Assembly: GCA_950097015.1 (NCBI GenBank)
Contig: CATNEN010000037.1
Coordinates: 3,906,001-3,970,000 of the forward strand
From: Macrostomum hystrix
Taxonomy: Eukaryota > Animalia > Platyhelminthes
DNA length: 64,000 bases
Reading direction: 5' to 3'
A program made the position numbers and the translations under genes. Every line of letters begins with the position of its first letter. Positions within the stretch are counted from its first letter, which is position 1. The notes below the pieces were generated by a model that ran no database searches, was not told where the DNA came from, and saw nothing but the letters and a program-made list of their open reading frames with translations. Of this stretch, positions 22,353 to 44,480 are shown one piece after another.

Positions 22353-24232
22353 TGGGGCTGAACGCAAATTTTATGTTGCTCTTGTCTGTGACTGTCCTGT
22401 TGATATTTTTGTTAAGCCCAATGTCGGATTCTCCTCTTTTCCTCAATAGTGTCGTTTTTTATCGACGCCGCGGCCTAGACGCGACTGCGCGCTTTTATCC
22501 ACCTATCCCTCACTAGAAAACTGTTAATCAATTCGTCACTCTCGTGTTTTCTTATTATTTTCGCATTTTTCTTCACTTGAAATCCCAGCCTCTAGCAGAG
22601 AATCTCAAACTCGTTTCGGCCTTCTAACATTGTGGCTAGAAAGACTGCTAGATGCGGAAGTGGTGAAAGCCTGTACGACTTCGGTGGTCTCCCCTTTGCC
22701 GATTTAGTGAGGATCAAATTCCCCTAGCTAGACAGGCGATTATCGATCGATGTGGATAGATCGCCAATCAGTGCAATGGCCCCCAATGTTACCTGTAAGG
22801 CCGCAGTGTGTAGCCCATATCAGCTTGATATCATTATCCGCAGTGTCTTTGCCAGCGATATCGGACACTTCAGTGGGCTGGGGTCTCGCCCCGTCTTTTC
22901 TCCTTTTCTTTGCCCTGTCACTCGATCCCCTTACACCCAAGTTTTATTCGCACCAGCTGCACTATTTCGCTTTTATCATCGCCTCGATTTTATCTCTTCA
23001 GACGCGATAACCGTGTCACTATGCGACAACTGAAAAAACAGACGATTCCATTTGAAATTTGAATCGCTTTTTTTGATAAACTTTGGGAACTTTGAGAACC
23101 CAGTTTTTTATGTCGCATTGTTGTTGTAGTTGTGTCCTTCACTGACTAATCGTGCTGTCTGCAATTTCAATGAAAGCTGTTTCCACCTCTTCTGTAAATA
23201 CAAATCGACAGATAAAAAACGGCAAAACAACGATTTTGCACCATGCGGTTCGTAAATTTACTTGATGCACTATTTCTAGTCACTTTAATATGTGAATGAA
23301 GTTCTAAAGGATTCACTAAGTTGTGTGTTTCTATAATAATATGCCTTACCTGTCTGTCTCTCTTCAGAATTATCATCATCATTATTGATGGCTGGTACGC
23401 CATATTCGGTGTGATTTCTGGCCTGTGTCAGTCACTGAGCATGCCGTTGGGTGGAAATGTTTGTTTTAATGAACCAACGCCTTCTCACACCGTCGCCCCA
23501 CCTAACTCGGCAAGACTTCTTCGCGCTAAACTGTTACAATTATCAGCCTTTGTTCCGAGTGTGGGCCCTGCATGGCACCTTGAAATGGGTTAGGCTAGGT
23601 TTCCACCACTAATAGCCGCTGGGTGATTGACGTGTGCCAATCACGGCAGCTGGACACACCGGTGCGGAGGCGAGACAGCGGGTTCCCAACAATATGCAAA
23701 AATCGACCCTCCCCGGCTCCCAGACTGCATGCATGTGAAACTTTCCATATGGGTTTCATGCAGAATGGGCCTATAACATTGAACTAACAGGCTGTCTCCC
23801 ATTGTGAAAGTTGCACAACTCCCTCACTCACTCGCTGACTTGGTTTCACTATTCCGTTGCATGGCCCTAAACGCTGTTGTGTTAGCACACTTCCGATTCT
23901 CTTCGCTCCCTTCCTGAAAATATTGAATTGCTCAAATAATGGCCCTTCGTGTTCTGGCCTTCGTGGCCTAATCTCATTCTAATTGCTCAGAAGTTTAATT
24001 GAGCTAAGTGTCTGGAGCTTCTGCGCAATCTACTTTGAAACGAAAGCTTAAAATTGATGAAAAGTTTGAATTTGAATGAAAATGTGCTAAAAGTTTTTCT
24101 AAGAAGTCAATCATCTTCCAATGATTACGTAGAAACAGATACCTGAGCATGTTTGAGTGCCTTGACCAATGCAACTCGTGTCTATCAAAATAGCGAAATG
24201 CTTTTTAAGTGGAAAATGCATCCTTGTTAAAC

Positions 24233-26607
24233 GATTCTTTCTTTGTGATCCTGCTGCGATTCCTTCTTTGTGATCCTGCTGCGATTCCTTCTTTGTGATC
24301 CTGCTGCGATTCCTTCTTTGTGATCCTGCTGCGATTCCTTCTATGTGATCCTGCAACGATTCCTTCTTTGTGATCCTGCTACGATTCCTTCTATGTGATC
24401 CTGCTACGATTCCTTCTTTGTGATCCTGCTTACGATTCCTTCTATGTGATCCTGCAACGATTCCTTCTTTGTGATCCTGCTTCGATTCCTTCTTTGTGAT
24501 CCTGCTGCGATTCCTTCTTTGTGATCCTGCTTCGATTCCTTCTTTGTGATCCTGCTTCGATTCCTTCTTTGTGATCCTGCTTCGATTCCTTCTTTGTGAT
24601 CCTGCTGCGATTCCTTCTTTGTGATCCTGCAACGATTCCTTCTTTGTGATCCTGCTACGATTCCTTCTATGTGATCCTGCAACGATTCCTTCTTTGTGAT
24701 CCTGCTTCGATTCCTTCTTTGTGATCCTGCTTCGATTCCTTCTTTGTGATCCTGCTTCGATTCCTTCTTTGTGATCCTGCTTCGATTCCTTCTTTGTGAT
24801 CCTGCTTTGATTCCTTCTTTGTGATCCTGCTTCGATTCCTTCTTTGTGATCCTGCTACGATTCCTTCTTTGTGATCCTGCTTCGATTCCTTCTTTGTGAT
24901 CCTGCTGCGATTCCTTCTTTGTGATCCTGCTTCGATTCCTTCTTTGTGATCCTGCTTCGATTCCTTCTTTGTGATCCTGCTTCGATTCCTTCTTTGTGAT
25001 CCTGCTTCGATTCCTTCTTTGTGATCCTGCTGCGATTCCTTCTTTGTGATCCTGCTTCGATTCCTTCTTTGTGATCCTGCTGCGATTCCTTCTATGTGAT
25101 CCTGCTGGGATTCCTTCTTTGTGATCCTGCTTCGATTCCTTCTTTGTGATCCTGCTGCGATTCCTTCTTTGTGATCCTGCTTCGATTCCTTCTTTGTGAT
25201 CCTGCTAAGATTCCTTCTTTGTGATCCTGCTTCGATTCCTTCTTTGTGATCCTGCTGCGATTCCTTCTATGTGATCCTGCTGCGATTCCTTCTTTGTGAT
25301 CCTGCTTCGATTCCTTCTTTGTGATCCTGCTTCGATTCCTTCTATGTGATCCTGCTTCGATTCCTTCTTTGTGATCCTGCTACGATTCCTCCTTTGTGAT
25401 CCTGCTTCGATTCCTTCTTTGTGATCCTGCTTCGATTCCTTCTTTGTGATCCTGCTTCGATTCCTTCTATGTGATCCTGCTGCGATTCCTTCTATGTGAT
25501 CCTGCTGCGATTCCTTCTTTGTGATCCTGCTTCGATTCCTTCTATATGATTCTGCTTCGATTCCTTATTTGTGATCCTGCTACGATTCCTTCTATGTGAT
25601 TCTGCTTCGATTCCTTCTTTGTGATCCTGCAACGATTCCTTCTTTGTGATCCTGCTACGATTCCTTCTTTGTGATCCTGCTTCGATTCCTTCTTTGTGAT
25701 CCTTCTACGATTCCTTCTTTGTGATCCTGCTTCGATTCCTTATTTGCGATCCTGCTACGATTCCTTCTATGTGATTCTGCTTCGATTCCTTATTTGCGAT
25801 TCTGCTACGATTCCTTCTATGTGATCCTGCTGCGATTCCTTCTTTTTCATCCTGCAACGATTCCTTCTATGTGATTCTGCTTCGATTCCTTCTATGTGAT
25901 CCTGCTTCGATTCCTTATTTGCGATCCTGCTACGATTCCTTCTATGTGATCCTGCTACGATTCCTTCTTTGTGATCCTGCAACGATTCCTTCTATGTGAT
26001 CCTGCAACGATTCCTTCTTTTTGATCCTGCTACGATTCATTCTATGTGATCCTGCTACGATTCCTTCTATGTGATCCTGCTACGATTCCTTCTTTTTGAT
26101 CCTGCTACGATTCATTCTATGGGATCCTGCTACGATTCCTTCTTTTTGATCCTGCTTCGATTCCTTCTTTGTGATCCTGCTACGATTCCTTCTATGTGAT
26201 CCTGCTAAAATTCCTTCTTTGTGATCCTGCTTCGATTCCTTCTATGTGATCCTGCTACGATTCCTTCTTTTTGATCCTGCTTCGATTCCTTCTTTGTGAT
26301 CCTGCTTCGATTCCTTCTATGTGATCCTGCTAAAATTCCTTCTTTGTGATCCTGCTACGATTCCTTCTATGTGATCCTGCTAAAATTCCTTCTTTGTGAT
26401 CCTGCTTCGATTCCTTCTATGTGATCCTGCTACGATTCCTTCTTTTTGATCCTGCTACGATTCATTCTATGGGATCCTGCTACGATTCCTTCTTTTTGAT
26501 CCTGCTTCGATTCCTTCTTTGTGATCCTGCTACGATTCCTTCTATGTGATCCTGCTAAAATTCCTTCTTTGTGATCCTGCTTCGATTCCTTCTATGCGAT
26601 CCTGCAA
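24233..26607. repeat. 25-bp minisatellite (GATTCCTTCTTTGTGATCCTGCTTC), about 95 copies
   Basis: Direct tandem periodicity over 2.4 kb. Confidence 0.97.
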
Positions 26608-27213
26608 TATCTAGCTACAGATCCCAAATCACTGATATCAGCGTAGTAATCACATATAATAAACTGACTACTACTCTATTGACTTCAGTAGCATAGCTTG
26701 TGCATTAGCTGGTATTCATACACTTAGCAGCTGCAATCAATCTGTTCATAACTTACTTGTACTTAACGAAGCGGTGAAGAACTTATAGGAGGTGAAGCAA
26801 AGGAGATTCCAGAAATTTCTGTCAGTAAGCCGATCGCGAAAGATTTCAAGTGTTTTTTGGTATTAGTCGACAGCCAAGCTTTGACTTTGGAATGAAAGCT
26901 AAAATGTTGAATGTAGTGTTCGGTGACCAACTGCACAGCAGCTCGCGGGTCACATTTGGACCAGAAAGATTGTCGCCTAACAGTGGCTGATGAAAATAAT
27001 TCAAAGGCTGTGAACTTTTAGACAACTGGGGGAAGGGGATATTTGTCAATCTCGCCTGAGAAATTGCTGAATGCTGTAAATGCATGTGTCCAGTGCAGCA
27101 GCTGTCAATCTACGAGCTAAATTCCAGCTTTTCGTCCGTCTCTATGTGTACTCGTATTCATTTACACCGAATATGGCTGCATTGGACAGCACCTGAATTG
27201 AAGAACAATCAAT

Positions 27214-29260
27214 GCTTCGATTCCAGCTACAGATCCTGCTTCGATTCCAGCTACCGACCCTGCTTTGATTCCAGCTACAGATCCTGCTTCGATTCCAATT
27301 CCAATTCCGACCCTGCTTTTATTCTACCTGCTGATCCTAGCTACAGATCCTGCTTCGATTCCAATTCCAATTCCGACCCTGCTTTTATTCTACCTGCTGA
27401 TCCTAGCTACAGATCCTGCTTCGATTCCAATTCCAATTCCGACCCTTACTTACTTACTTACTTTGCAGGGGGGCCTGGGGCACTTGACGCACAAACACAG
27501 GAACGGCATGCCCCCAGGCCGGCGAACTAGGCGAAAGCCGCCCATCGCGCCGCCTCCCCTGAGCAGGCACCTCACACACACAGCAGCAAGCCAAGCGGGG
27601 AAGGGGGCGGCAGCCGGAGTGCCTCTCACCCCAGGCCCGCACACGCACAGAGCAGACCAAGCCGGGGCGGAAGGCTGATAGAAATCAGTCCTCAGGGGGG
27701 GGGCGGGTGACGAGTGTACACTTTATCCAATCGCGCTGACGGAAATCCAGATGAGCGCGCGGCGGTGTACACCCGCCCCCCAGCCACCCCCCCGCAAGGT
27801 CTAACGCCCCAGCGCCAACGCACAAACTCAAACAACGCAGAACAGGCACACAGAAGGTAGGAGCGAAGCTATTTTTCAAGCTTTGATTGCACGAAATAAG
27901 GTGCACCTCCGCCGGTCGCTACTGTCCAAACCCCCCCCAACAAGTACCGAAATTAATCGTGACCTGAAGGGTGAATCGAACTAGCGTCCTTTGGAGTGCG
28001 AGGCAGCGACGTTAGCCGCTGACCCCCCTCGCCCCTTAATTCCGACCCTGCTTTTATTCTACCTGCTGATCCTAGCTACAGACCCTGCTTCGATTCTACG
28101 AGTAGCTAAAGATCCTTCTTCGATTCTAGCTACAAATCCTGCTTCGATTCTAGCTACAGATCCTGCTTCGATTCTACGAGTAGCTAAAGATCCTTCTTCG
28201 ATTCTAGCTACAGATCCTGCTTCGATTCTAGCTACAGATCCTGCTTCGATACTAGCTACAGATCCTGCTTCAATTCTAGCTACAGAACCAGCTTCGATTC
28301 TAGCTACAGATCCTGCTTCGATTCTAGCTACAGATCCTGCTTCGATTCTAGCTACAGATCCTGCTTCGATTCTAGCTACAGATCCCGCTTCGATTCTAGC
28401 TACAGATCCTTCTTTGATTATACCTACAGATCCTGCTTCGATTCCAGCTACAGACACAGCTTCGATTCTAGCTACAAATCCTGCTTCGAGTCGTCGAGCT
28501 ACAGATCCTGCTTCGATTCTAGCTACAGATCTTGTTTCGATTCTAGCTACAGATCCTGCTTCGATTCCAGCTACAGATCCTGCTTCGAGTCGTCGAGCTA
28601 CAGATCCTGCTTCGATTCTAGCTACAGATCCTGCTTCGATTCTAGCTACAGATCCTGCTTCGATTCTAGCTACAGATCCTGCTTCGATTCCAGCTACAGA
28701 TCCTGCTTCGATTCTAGCTACAGATCCCGCTTCGATTCTAGCTACAGATCCTGCTTCGATTCTAGCTACAGATCCCGCTTCGATTCTAGCTACAGATCCT
28801 TCTTTGATTATACCTACAGATCCTGCTTCGATTCCAGCTACAGACACAGCTTCGATTCTAGCTACAAATCCTGCTTCGAGTCGTCGAGCTACAGATCCTG
28901 CTTCGATTCTAGCTACAGATCTTGTTTCGATTCTAGCTACAGATCCTGCTTCGATTCCAGCTACAGATCCTGCTTCGAGTCGTCGAGCTACAGATCCTGC
29001 TTCGATTCCAGCTACAGATCCTGCTTCGATTCTAGCTACAGATCCTGCTTCGATTCTAGCTACAGATCCTGCTTCGATTGTAGCTACAGATCCTGCTTCG
29101 AGTCGTCGAGCTACAGATCCTGCTTCGATTCCAGCTACAGATCCTGCTTCGATTCCAGCTACAGATCCTGCTTCAATTCCAGCTACAGATCCTGCTTCGA
29201 TTCCAGCTACAGATCCTGCTTCGATTCTGCTTCGAGTCTTCGAGCTACAGATCCTGCTTC
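27214..29260. repeat. 24-bp minisatellite (GCTTCGATTCTAGCTACAGATCCT) with a longer about 63-bp variant at its left end, interrupted by a SINE
   Basis: Tandem periodicity; explains the ATDPASIL and IEAGSVAR ORFs. Confidence 0.94.
27447..28037 (-). mobile_element. Young 591-bp tRNA-derived SINE with (AAGT)n tail and 12-bp TSD
   Basis: TSD AATTCCGACCCT at 27435-27446 and 28038-28049, with the empty site visible in neighbouring repeat units; minus-strand head GGGGCGAGGGGGGTCAGCGG..GTTCGATTC (A-like and B boxes); tail TACTTACTTACTTACT on +. Confidence 0.85.
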
Positions 29261-30289
29261 GATTTTCGCTACAACTAGAAATGCGATTCTGCAATAGAAC
29301 TCACTGGACATATCAACCGGTCAATCAATATACTTTCTATTCTCATTAACTGGCTTTGAAACCTGTTGTATGGCTGTATAGAGAATACTTTTTGTGCTCT
29401 GAACTGCAATCTGAAAAGGTTGCAGATCTAAGAGCTACATGCACCAGCCAATACCAGTGAAGCGAGGCACTCGTAATTCCTCAATGCAGATGGCAGTCGA
29501 TCTCTGATTGGCTGGGCCCTGCAGAACAGAATTACTCTGCGATTCAGGCTTAAAAACTTTATCTGGTGCAGCATAGTCCCAGCATAGTCCTTAGCACACA
29601 CTGAGCTGAGCTGAAACTCAAGGCTAGCAGTAGAGAAGCGACCTGCAGGATCCAGTTCAGATCAACAGGCGGTGAGGAGGTGTTTTTGTTGTTGCATTCA
29701 ATCAAGACAACCAACCACGCAAGCAAGGGAAAAAGTGAATTGAAGAATAATTAGTACTCGTATTATTTAATTATTGAGAATCATGCAAAATCGTGAGCCT
29801 AGAGGATAAAGCGCGTTAGATACCGAAGGGCGTGCCTGCATCCGTAGCCCCCTGACAGTTGAGCAGATCTGATTATGTCGCATCCAAATAGCTCGTATTG
29901 AGCTACCTGACACTCGACTCAAGGTCTCAATTATTTCCCAGCGGATACGCTTTGTCTGTCAGCTCTCAAGGTTTCTCTCTAATCAGAATGATTTACTGGC
30001 AGCCCAAGCTTATCGGATTTCGCAGCAGCAGCAGCTTCTAGGCATCTGCTATGTAGTGCTACAAAATTTAGTACACTTTTTATTTACTTAAAAAAAGTAA
30101 CAAAGGTCTAAAAAAACATTTTTTATGGAGGCTAAAAAAGTTCCACCAGTCTGTGTTAACAGATTGGCCTTCTTAAAATAGATTAACTGGACAGAAATTT
30201 ACGTGTGGCTTGGATTGAAATCGACGGCTTTGAGTCTGAGGACAATACTTTGCATTTGATTTAAAACCGAAATAAAAACAAGATAAACT

Positions 30290-31320
30290 TTCATAAAGGA
30301 TTCCACTGGTCCTGTCATAGAGGATTCAATTTGGTCCCATCATAAAGGATTCCTTTGGTCCCGTAATAGAGGATTCAATTTGGTCCCGTCATAAAAGATT
30401 CCACTGGTCCTGTCATAAAGGATTCCACTGGTCCTGTCATAAAGGATTCCACTGGTCCTGTCATAGAGAATTCCTTTGCTCCTGTCATAGAGGATTCCTT
30501 TGGTCCCGTCATAGAGGATTCCTTTGGTCACGTCATAGAGGAATCCTTTGGTCCCGTCATAGAGGATTCCTTTGGTCTCGTCATAGAGGATTCTACTGGT
30601 CCTGTCATAGAGGATTCCTTTGGTCCCGTCATAGAGGATTCTACTGGTCCTGTCATAGAGGATTCCTTTGGTCATATCATAGAGGATTCCTTTGGTCCTG
30701 TCATAGAGGATTCCTTTGCTCCTGTCATAGAGGATTCCTTTGGTCCCGTCATAGAGGATTCCTTTGGTCCCGTCATAGAGGATTCCTTTGGTCATATCAT
30801 AGAGGATTCCTTTGGTCCCTTCATAGAGGATTCCTTTGGTCCCGTCATAAAGGATTCCACTGTTCCTGTCATAAAGGATTCCACTGGTCATGTCATAGAG
30901 GATTCCTTTGGTCCCGTCATAAAGGATTCTACTGGTCCTGTCATAGAGGATTCCACTGGTCCCGTCATAGAGGATTCCATTTGGTCCCGTCATAAAGGAT
31001 TCCACTGTTCCTGTCATAAAGGATTCCACTGGTCCCGTCATAGAGGATTCCATTTGGTCCTGTCATTGAAGATTCCTTAGGTCCTGTCATAGAGGATTCC
31101 TTTGGTCCCGTCATAGAGGATTCTACTGGTCCTGTCATAGAGGATTCCTTTGGTCACGTCATAGAGGATTCCTTTGGTCACGTCATAGAGGATTCTACTG
31201 GTCCTGTCATAGAGGATTCCTTTGGTCCCGTCATAAAGGATTCTACTGGTCCTGTCATAGAGGATTCCTTTGGTCCTGTCATAGAGGATTCCTTTGGTCC
31301 TGTCATAGAGGATTCCACTA
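30290..31320. repeat. 24-bp minisatellite (GTCATAGAGGATTCCTTTGGTCCC), about 42 copies
   Basis: Direct tandem periodicity. Confidence 0.95.
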
Positions 31321-31369
31321 GTCAGCCAGATAATTCTGGGGTTCGATCAGATGGATGGGGAAGAACAGA

Positions 31370-31610
31370 AATGTGATCCAAAGACTGTGCACAGCAGTTC
31401 AGTCCATGGACTGGGGAGGCCGCATGCTACCAGGATAAAACAGGTTTTCTTTCTCAGATATTGCTTGTATTCATTTTACACCTGGATGCACTAAAGTAAT
31501 TCGGATTATCAGTCGCTGTTATCAAGAACACAAATTGTTTCTTCTGGGGCCAAGATTCGAACTCCAGACCAATCGGTTATTAGTCCAAAGCTCTAGCCAC
31601 CGACGCACAC
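31370..31610 (-). mobile_element. tRNA-headed CORE-type SINE ending about 25 bp upstream of the GPCR ATG
   Basis: Minus strand GTGGCTAGAG..GGAGTTCGAATC head, degenerate CORE-like segment (CATTTTACACCTGG..CAAGAACACAA on +), and CAGTCCATGGACTG box shared with the 45170 copy. Confidence 0.65.
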
Positions 31611-31633
31611 ACCGACTCCTCAGATCTGCAGCG

Positions 31634-40631
<8,998 letters not shown>

Positions 40632-41004
40632 TCAAAATACTTGCTCCATGAAAACTGAAAATCGAGGCTCGCTTTGCTTTCGCACGTTCACTGCTTTTCA
40701 TTTTACTAAAAATGACAAGAGAATTACAGTACTTTAAAGAAATCGCTGTTAACTATGCTTTTACTCATGAAAAAAGTTTATGTTATTAATTCTGAGTGTG
40801 ACAAACAGAGTAAAACTAAATAAATCATAGAAACTCAAGCTAATCGCTTGCTCCAAAAGATAAAAGTTGAAACATTGCTGCTAGCTGATAACAAGAATTG
40901 CCCATATTTCTTTAATATTTCGAGCTACTTTTCTTTTTGATTAAAATCCAGAAATTCAAATGTCCTAATCTGGTTCACTAAAATAATCTATTTATGCTAC
41001 CAAC

Positions 41005-41170
41005 GTCGCTCCGCTACCCACTCCACTCCGCTTCCCACCCAATCCGCTACCCACCTCACTCCGCTACCCACCTCACTCCGCTACCCACCTCACTACGCTA
41101 CCCACCTTATTCTGCTACCCACCTCACTCCACTACCCACCTCACTGCGCAACCCAACCCTCTCCGCATTT
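41005..41170. repeat. Degenerate 17-bp repeat (CCGCTACCCACCTCACT)
   Basis: About 9 imperfect tandem copies. Confidence 0.8.
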
Positions 41171-41984
41171 TAACTCTAAACTCCGCAACCTACCTACAGG
41201 CTTTGAAACTGACGTTTTCATTGTAATTAAGTTAAATTGTCCTTTCTAAACTAACTAACCGCTTTACGGCACAATTTACCTTTCTTATATTTTGCTTACG
41301 TTTCAAAGTGACAATTTACTCGTTACTAGACGCCTTAGAGTTCATGTTTTTCTTAAACAACTAACTGCTTCTTTTTGTTCTGCACTTCAGACAGCTCCGG
41401 GGTCAATATTGACAAAGAATCTGTCAAAATACTAGCAAATTTTGGAACAATAGTTTAGCAGCTCGTAGTTACTTGGATACCTTACCTGACAGCCGTCAGT
41501 AGAGCTAAAAGAATCGACTAACTCTAAGTGCTTATTACTTCCAGAATTATTGAAAGCCCGGAGATTGCAGTCGGCTGTGCGAGTGGCACTTGAAACTCAA
41601 ACTAGGAATAGGCTGAGAAACAGTGCTCATCCTGCTCAAATTGAAAGATGGACAGATGGACAATAATTAAAATAATTAAAAAACAAAAACTGCCTCGTCG
41701 TGTGTTTTTGCCTGCTGTTTTTGCTTGTTATAATCCGACTTAGTTGGAGATTAGACGCAGACGGGACAAACAATGACATGCCTATTTTTGTGGACAGCAA
41801 TTTCCTCTGCTAGATGAATCCGGTTCCTTTAAGAAACAGATTGCTCAAGCTAGTTATTTGAAACTCACTCCATCAAGCCGACTACGCACACTAAGATGGC
41901 CCCGCCGAACTGAAAAATACAAGACTTGCCCAGCAGCTAAGGTCAGGTGCCAAAGTTATAGCAAAGGTTATCGAAAGGAGTGCA

Positions 41985-43015
41985 ACGGATGTCAGTGGAT
42001 ATAACAGGGTGTCAGTGGATATAACAGGGTGTCAGTGGATATAACAGGGTGTCAGTGCATATAACAGGGTGTCAATGGATATAACAGGCTGTCAGATGAT
42101 GCAACAGGCTGTCAGATGATGCAACAGGCTGTCAGATGATGCAGCATGCTTCAGATGATGCAGCATGCTTCAGATGATGCAGCATGCTTCTGATGATGCA
42201 GAATGCTGTCAGATTATGCAGCATGCTGTCAGATAATTCAACAGGGTGTCAGTGGATGCGACAGGCTATCAAATTATGCAACAGGGTGTCAGATAATGCA
42301 TTAGGCTGTCAGATGATGCAACAGGCTGTCAGATAATGCAACAGGGTGTCAGATAATGCATTAGGCTGTCAGATGATGCAACAGGCTGTCAGATAATGCA
42401 ACAGGGTGTCAGTGGATGCGACAGGCTGTCAAATTATGCAACAGGGTGTCAGATAATGCATTAGGCTGTCAGATGATGCAACAGGCTGTCAGATGATGCA
42501 ACAGGGTGTCAGATGATGCAACAGGGTGTCAGATGATGCAACAGGGTGTCAGATAATGCTACAGGGTGTCAGATGATGCTACAGGGTGTCAGATGATGCA
42601 ACAGGCTGTCAGATGATGCAACAGGCTGTCAGATGATGCAACAGGGTGTCAGTGGATGCGAAAGGCTATCAAATTATGCAACAGGGTGTCAGATAATGCA
42701 TTAGGCTGTCAGATGATGCAACAGGCTGTCAGATGATGCAACAGGGTGTCAGATGATGCTACAGGGTGTGAGATGATGCTACAGGGTGTGAGATGATGCT
42801 ACAGGGTGTCAGATGATGCTACAGGGTGTGAGATGATGCTACAGGGTGTCAGATGATGCATCAGGGTGTCAGATGATGCTACAGGGTGTGAGATGATGCT
42901 ACAGGGTGTGAGATGATGCTACAGGGTGTCAGATGATGCTACAGGGTGTGAGATGATGCTACAGGGTGTCAGATGATGCATTAGGCTGTCAGATGGATGA
43001 TGCAACAGGCTGTCA
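41985..43015. repeat. 20-bp minisatellite (GTCAGATGATGCAACAGGGT), about 50 copies
   Basis: Direct tandem periodicity. Confidence 0.94.
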
Positions 43016-43038
43016 GAAAGCGTCAAATATTTTACACT

Positions 43039-43785
43039 CTATTCTGGGGGCTTTGAGATTCCGGCGGTTCGGCCAAATTGAGCGGCTGGTGCGGAGCCAA
43101 CAGCCACCGTGACAGGCACGTAGGCGGCAGCCTGCGAAGCGTGGTCCACAAGCAGAATCTGTTCCGGACTAATTGGCAGGTGATGCAGCATGAGGCTGGG
43201 ATGCTGCAGGACCTCTCTAGGCATGTAGGTGAATTGTCGGCAGTGCAGCGGCGCACCGGCCATTGTCGCCCGCCTGCCAGCGCCGGCGAATACGTCGCAG
43301 TTGCCTACTTTGAAAAGCTGGCCGTGAGCGTCGCCATCTAGCGACTCCTGCAGCCTACGAGTGAATTCTGCGTACCAGAGCCGCACCAAGTAGCCGCAGG
43401 CGGGCAGTTGCATGCGGAACCAGGACCGGTTCTGCTCGTCTAGCAGCAGCAGGTAGCCGCTAGGAATGATTTCATCAAGGCTGTAGAGGCAGCCTGTACT
43501 GCAGCGTCGGCTACTCAAGCTGAACACCTCGTTGAAGGCGCGCATTAGCCGACGCTCGCCGCTTTTGGACACTATCGGCTGTTGCTCTTCGCTGGACTCC
43601 GATTCCGCGGGCACCGAAGGGCACTGCTCGTCCCTGCTCTGCGTCTCATTCTTTCTGGCTACTACAGCGACATTGTTAGGGCCGACTCTGACGCCACTCG
43701 CTGTGCCTGCTTGTTCTTCGGGCTCAAGAAGCAAAGTTTTTTGGCATAAGGAACTGCAACGATTCAACTGATTTTCGCAAGACAT
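43039..43785 (-). CDS. Hypothetical single-exon protein, 248 aa, family not recognised
   Basis: 747-bp non-repetitive GC-rich ORF with an AAAAATG start, bounded by AT-rich and repeat DNA; composition resembles the other exons in the window. Confidence 0.65.
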   Translation of the reverse strand: MSCENQLNRCSSLCQKTLLLEPEEQAGTASGVRVGPNNVAVVARKNETQSRDEQCPSVPAESESSEEQQPIVSKSGERRLMRAFNEVFSLSSRRCSTGCLYSLDEIIPSGYLLLLDEQNRSWFRMQLPACGYLVRLWYAEFTRRLQESLDGDAHGQLFKVGNCDVFAGAGRRATMAGAPLHCRQFTYMPREVLQHPSLMLHHLPISPEQILLVDHASQAAAYVPVTVAVGSAPAAQFGRTAGISKPPE

Positions 43786-44034
43786 TTTTGAAGATTGCGA
43801 TTTACGAGTACTGTGGCTCGTGTTGCGAGCTGGTATGATTGAGCCAAGCCAAATTATATAAAAAATTATTCTTTAGTGGCCTCAAAACCCTAACCATAGA
43901 CAGTGCATGCTGCCCCACTGAGTATAACTGCGCCCGATGAAGAACTAAAAATTCTTCCCTAAACTGACCGTTATACAGCTTGCTCAGCTCAAGGACTTCT
44001 ATATATAGCATCAATATAGGTGCTACATATGGAG

Positions 44035-44480
44035 GTCCTTAGAAGGGGCTGCGAAGCACGGGGTAGAAGGGGCAGCGAAGCACGGGGTAGAAGGGGCAGC
44101 GAAGCACGGGGTAGAAGGGGCAGCGAAGCATGGGGTAGAAGGGGCAGCGAAGCACGGGGTAGAAGGGGCAGCGAAGCACGGGGTAGAAGGGGCAGCGAAG
44201 CATGGGGTAGAAGGGGCAGCGAAGCATGGGGTAGAAGGGGCAGCGAAGCACGGGGTAGAAGGGGCAGCGAAGCACGGGGTAGAAGGGGCAGCGAAGCACG
44301 GGGTAGAAGGGGCAGCGAAGCATGGCGTAGAAGGGGCAGCGAAGCACGGGGTAGAAGGGGCAGCGAAGCGCGGGGTAGAAGGGGCAGCGAAGCACGGGGT
44401 AGAAGGGGCAGCGAAGCACGGGGTAGAAGGGGCAGCGAAGCACGGGGTAGAAGGGGCAGCGAAGCACGGGGTAGAAGGGG
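44035..44480. repeat. 24-bp G-rich minisatellite (GAAGCACGGGGTAGAAGGGGCAGC), about 18 copies
   Basis: Direct tandem periodicity. Confidence 0.94.

Noticed and set aside
23590-23800. Hairpin-rich segment with a possible PIF/Harbinger-like left end (TTA GGCTAGGTTTCCAC)
   Set aside because: No matching right terminal inverted repeat or TSD was found.
27660-27760. Hammerhead ribozyme in the young SINE (CTGATAG/GAAA, CTGACGG)
   Set aside because: There is no exact CUGANGA core with correctly placed GAAA and NUH on either strand.
41808-41822. 15-bp reverse-complement match to the LTR start (CGGATTCATCTAGCA)
   Set aside because: There is no flanking similarity, so it is plausibly chance given the number of comparisons made by eye.
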